Below, one piece after another: positions 17,228-20,076 of a stretch of 20,076 bases of DNA. The position numbers and the translations under genes were made by a program. The DNA comes from Prasinococcaceae sp. CCMP 1430. Its lineage: Eukaryota > Plantae > Prasinodermophyta. The number at the start of each line of letters is the position of its first letter. Within the stretch, counting starts at the first letter, position 1. The stretch covers positions 47,746 to 67,821 of the forward strand of contig RQSC01001371.1 in assembly GCA_013416795.1 (NCBI GenBank), given 5' to 3'. The notes beneath the pieces are model-generated. The model did no database searches, was not told the DNA's origin, and saw only the letters and a program-made list of their open reading frames with translations.

Positions 17228-19697
17228 CTACTCTGCGCCACCGCACGCCCGCGCCGCCCGCAGCGCCTGCTCGGTGGCGCCGATTTTGCCGAGCGTCTCG
17301 GCCACATCCGGGTGGTCGTCGCCCAGCGCGGCGCGCTGGATGCGCAGCGCCTCCTCGAGCGGCTCGAGCGCCTCGGCGTGGCGACCCTGGATGAAGTACA
17401 CCATGCCCATGTCGCCGAGCGTCTCCGCCACATCCGGGTGGACGTCGCCAAGCTTGGCGCGCTGGATGCGCAGCGCCTCCTCGTACGCCTCGAGCGCCTC
17501 GGCGTAGCGGCCCTGGCTGTCGTACACACTGCCAATGTTGCCGAGCGTCGTCGCCACATCCAGGTGGTCGTCGCCAAGCTTGGCGCGCCTGATGCGCAGC
17601 GCCTCCTCGTACGCCTCGAGCGCCTTGGCGTAGCGTTCCTGCTTGAAGTACACCATGCCCTTGTGGTTGAGCGTCTTCGCCACATCCGGGTGATCGTCGC
17701 CCAGCTTGGCGCGCCTGATGCGCAGCGCCTCCTCGTGCGCCTCGAGCGCCTCGGCGTGGCGACCCTGGCATTGGTACACGCTGCCCATGTTGTCGAGCGT
17801 CGTCGCCACATCCGGGTGGTCGTCGCCCAGCTTGGCGCGCTGGATGCGCAGCGCCTCCTCGTGCGCCTCGAGCGCCTCGGCGTGGCGTCCCTGGCTGTTG
17901 TACACCACGCCCATGTTGTCGCGTGTCCGCGCCACATCCGGGTGGTCGTCGCCCAGCGCGGTGCGCTGGATGCGCAGCGCCTCTTCGAGCGCCTCGAGCG
18001 CCTCGGCGTAGCGACCCTGGTGGCTGCCGTACACGTTGCCCATGAGGCCGAGCGTCTCCGCCACATCCGGGTGGTCGTCGCCCAGCTTGGCGCGCCTGAT
18101 GCGCAGCGCCTCCTCGAGCGGCTCGAGCGCCTCGGCGTGGCGTCCCTGGCATTGGTACGCGGCGCCAACGTAGGTGAGCGTCATCGCCACATCCGGGTGG
18201 TCGTCGCCCAGCTTGGCGCGCCTGATGCGCAGCGCCTCCTCGTACGTCTCGAGCGCCTCGGCGTGGCGACCCTGGCATTGGTACGTGACGCCAACAGAGG
18301 TGAGCGTCGTCGCCTCATCCAGGTGGTCATCGCCCAGCTTGGCGCGCTGGATGCGCAGTGCTTCCTCGTACGTCTCGAGCGCCTCGGCGTGGCGACCCTG
18401 GCATTGGTACGCGCTGCCCATGTCGCCGAGCGTCGTCGCCACATCCAGGTGGTCGTCGCCAAGCTTGGCGCGCCTGATGCGCAGCGCCTCCTCGTACGCC
18501 TCGAGCGCCTTGGCGTACCGATCCTGCATGAAGTACACCATGCCCTTGTGGTTGAGCGTCCGCGCCACATCCGGGTGGTCGTTGCCCAGCTTGGCGCGCC
18601 TGATGCGCAGCGCCTCCTCGAGCGGCTCAAGCGCCTCGGCGTGGCGACCCTGGCATTGGTACGCGCTGCCAATGTTGCCGAGCGTCGTCGCCACATCCAG
18701 GTGGTCATCGCCCAGCTTGACGCGCCTGATGCGCAGCGCCTCCTCGTGCGCCTCGAGCGCCTCGGCGTGGCGTCCCTGGCTTTGGTACACGTTGCCCTTG
18801 TAGTTGAGCGTCGTCGCCACATCCGGGTGGTCGTCGCCCAGCTTGGCGCGCACTACGGGCAGCGCCTCTTCGAGCGCCTCGAGCGCCTCGGCGTAGCGGC
18901 CCTGGTTGGTATACACGTGGCCCATCATGGCGCGCGTCCGCGCCACATCCGGGTGGTCGTCGCCCAGCTTGGCGCGCCTGATGCGCAGCGCCTCCTCGTA
19001 CGCCTCGAGCGCCTCGGCGTAGCGGCCCTGGCTGCCGTACACGTTGCCCATGTCGTTGCGCGTCTTCGCCACATCCGGGTGGTCGTCGCCCAGCTTGGCG
19101 CGCCTGATGCGCAGCGCCTCCTCGTACGTCTCGAGCGCCTCAGCGTAGCGTCCCTGGTTGAAGTACACAATGCCCATGAGGCCGAGCGTCGCCGCGACAT
19201 CCGGGTGGTCGTCGCCAAGCTTGGCGCGCTCGATGCGCAGTGCTTCCTCGTACGTCTCGAGCGCCTTGGCGTAGCGTTCCTGCTTGAAGTACACCATGCC
19301 CTTGTGGTTGAGCGTCTCCGCCACATCCGGGTGGTCGTCGCCCAGCTTGGCGCGCCTGATGCGCAGCGCCTCCTCGTGCGCCTCCAGCGCCTCGGCGTGG
19401 CGACCCTGGCATTGGTACGAGCGTCGTCGCCACATCCAGGTGGTCATCGCCCAGCTTGACGCGCCTGATGCGCAGCGCCTCCTCGTGCGCCTCCAGCGCC
19501 TCGGCGTGGCGACCCTGGCATTGGTACGCGGCGCCAACGCAGGTGAGCATCATCGCCACATTCGGGTGGTCGTTGCCCAGCTTGGCGCGCATGAGGCGCA
19601 GCGCCTCCTTGTACGCCTCGAGCGCCTCAGCGTAACGCCTCTGGCTAAGATGCTCGTCGCCCGTGCGCACCGCCGCCAGCGCCGCCGCGCCGCTCAT
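17228..19697 (-). CDS. Kinesin-light-chain-type TPR protein, 19 tandem 42-aa (126-bp) units, frameshifted by a 17-bp deletion at 19418/19419
   Basis: Consensus xYxxQGRYAEALEAYEEALRIRRAKLGDDHPDVAxTLxxxG. ATG at 19697 (MSGAAALAAVR). The first two units are in a different frame from the remaining 17. Confidence 0.85.
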
Positions 19698-20076
19698 CTC
19701 GCGCCCCGCCCCTCCGAGTCCACGCGGGCGGCGCGCACAGAGTGCCACCGCCTTCCTCGCCACTCTCGCTCGCTCGCTGCAGCCCCCCCCCCCCCCCCAA
19801 GGGGGACCATCCGCCGCCGCGACGGAAAAAAGACCGCCCGCTCGCCCGGAAGCGCCGCCGCGCCGCGGTTCGTGCCGTCCGTGGTTCAGGGTTTATAATT
19901 CAAACCGAAATTGCGCGAAACAGGGCCGTTGGGACCCCCGGTTCTCGCGCCGGCGCGCCCCCGAGAACGCGAATCCGGAATCGGTTTCGGAAGGGCGCGA
20001 ACGAACAAACAGCAGCGCGCGCTCGCGCGCGTGCGCGCAGCGCCCGCACGCGCCCCGCAGCGCCCGCAGCGGTCGG

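Noticed and set aside
17228-19697. 126-bp periodic repeats as a CRISPR array or satellite
   Set aside because: The repeats are in-frame TPR codons without unique spacers.

Overview
GC-rich eukaryotic nuclear DNA, most likely a green alga (zeaxanthin epoxidase with transit peptide, GT-AG introns with CTGAC branch sites, TGTAA poly(A)-like signals). Four single-N breaks (2390, 8126, 9903, 14250) and several abrupt gene junctions indicate a fragmented or partly chimeric assembly. Genes: 3' end of a DUF3754/TMEM143-like gene, ZEP-like monooxygenase, ethanolamine-phosphate cytidylyltransferase, a CDP-alcohol phosphotransferase whose two halves lie on opposite strands, an RCC1 fragment, DIS3L2/RNB nuclease, NMT1/ThiY-like protein, a desaturase C-terminus, a DENN gene carrying an Fpg/Nei-like fragment, and a 19-unit TPR gene with a frameshift. 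The main result is two identical tRNA-Tyr(GUA) genes, each interrupted by four introns (20/21, 27/28, 37/38, 59/60), three with bulge-helix-bulge geometry. They sit in a 340-bp duplication in which one 55-bp block is the base-for-base complement (not reverse complement) of the other copy.
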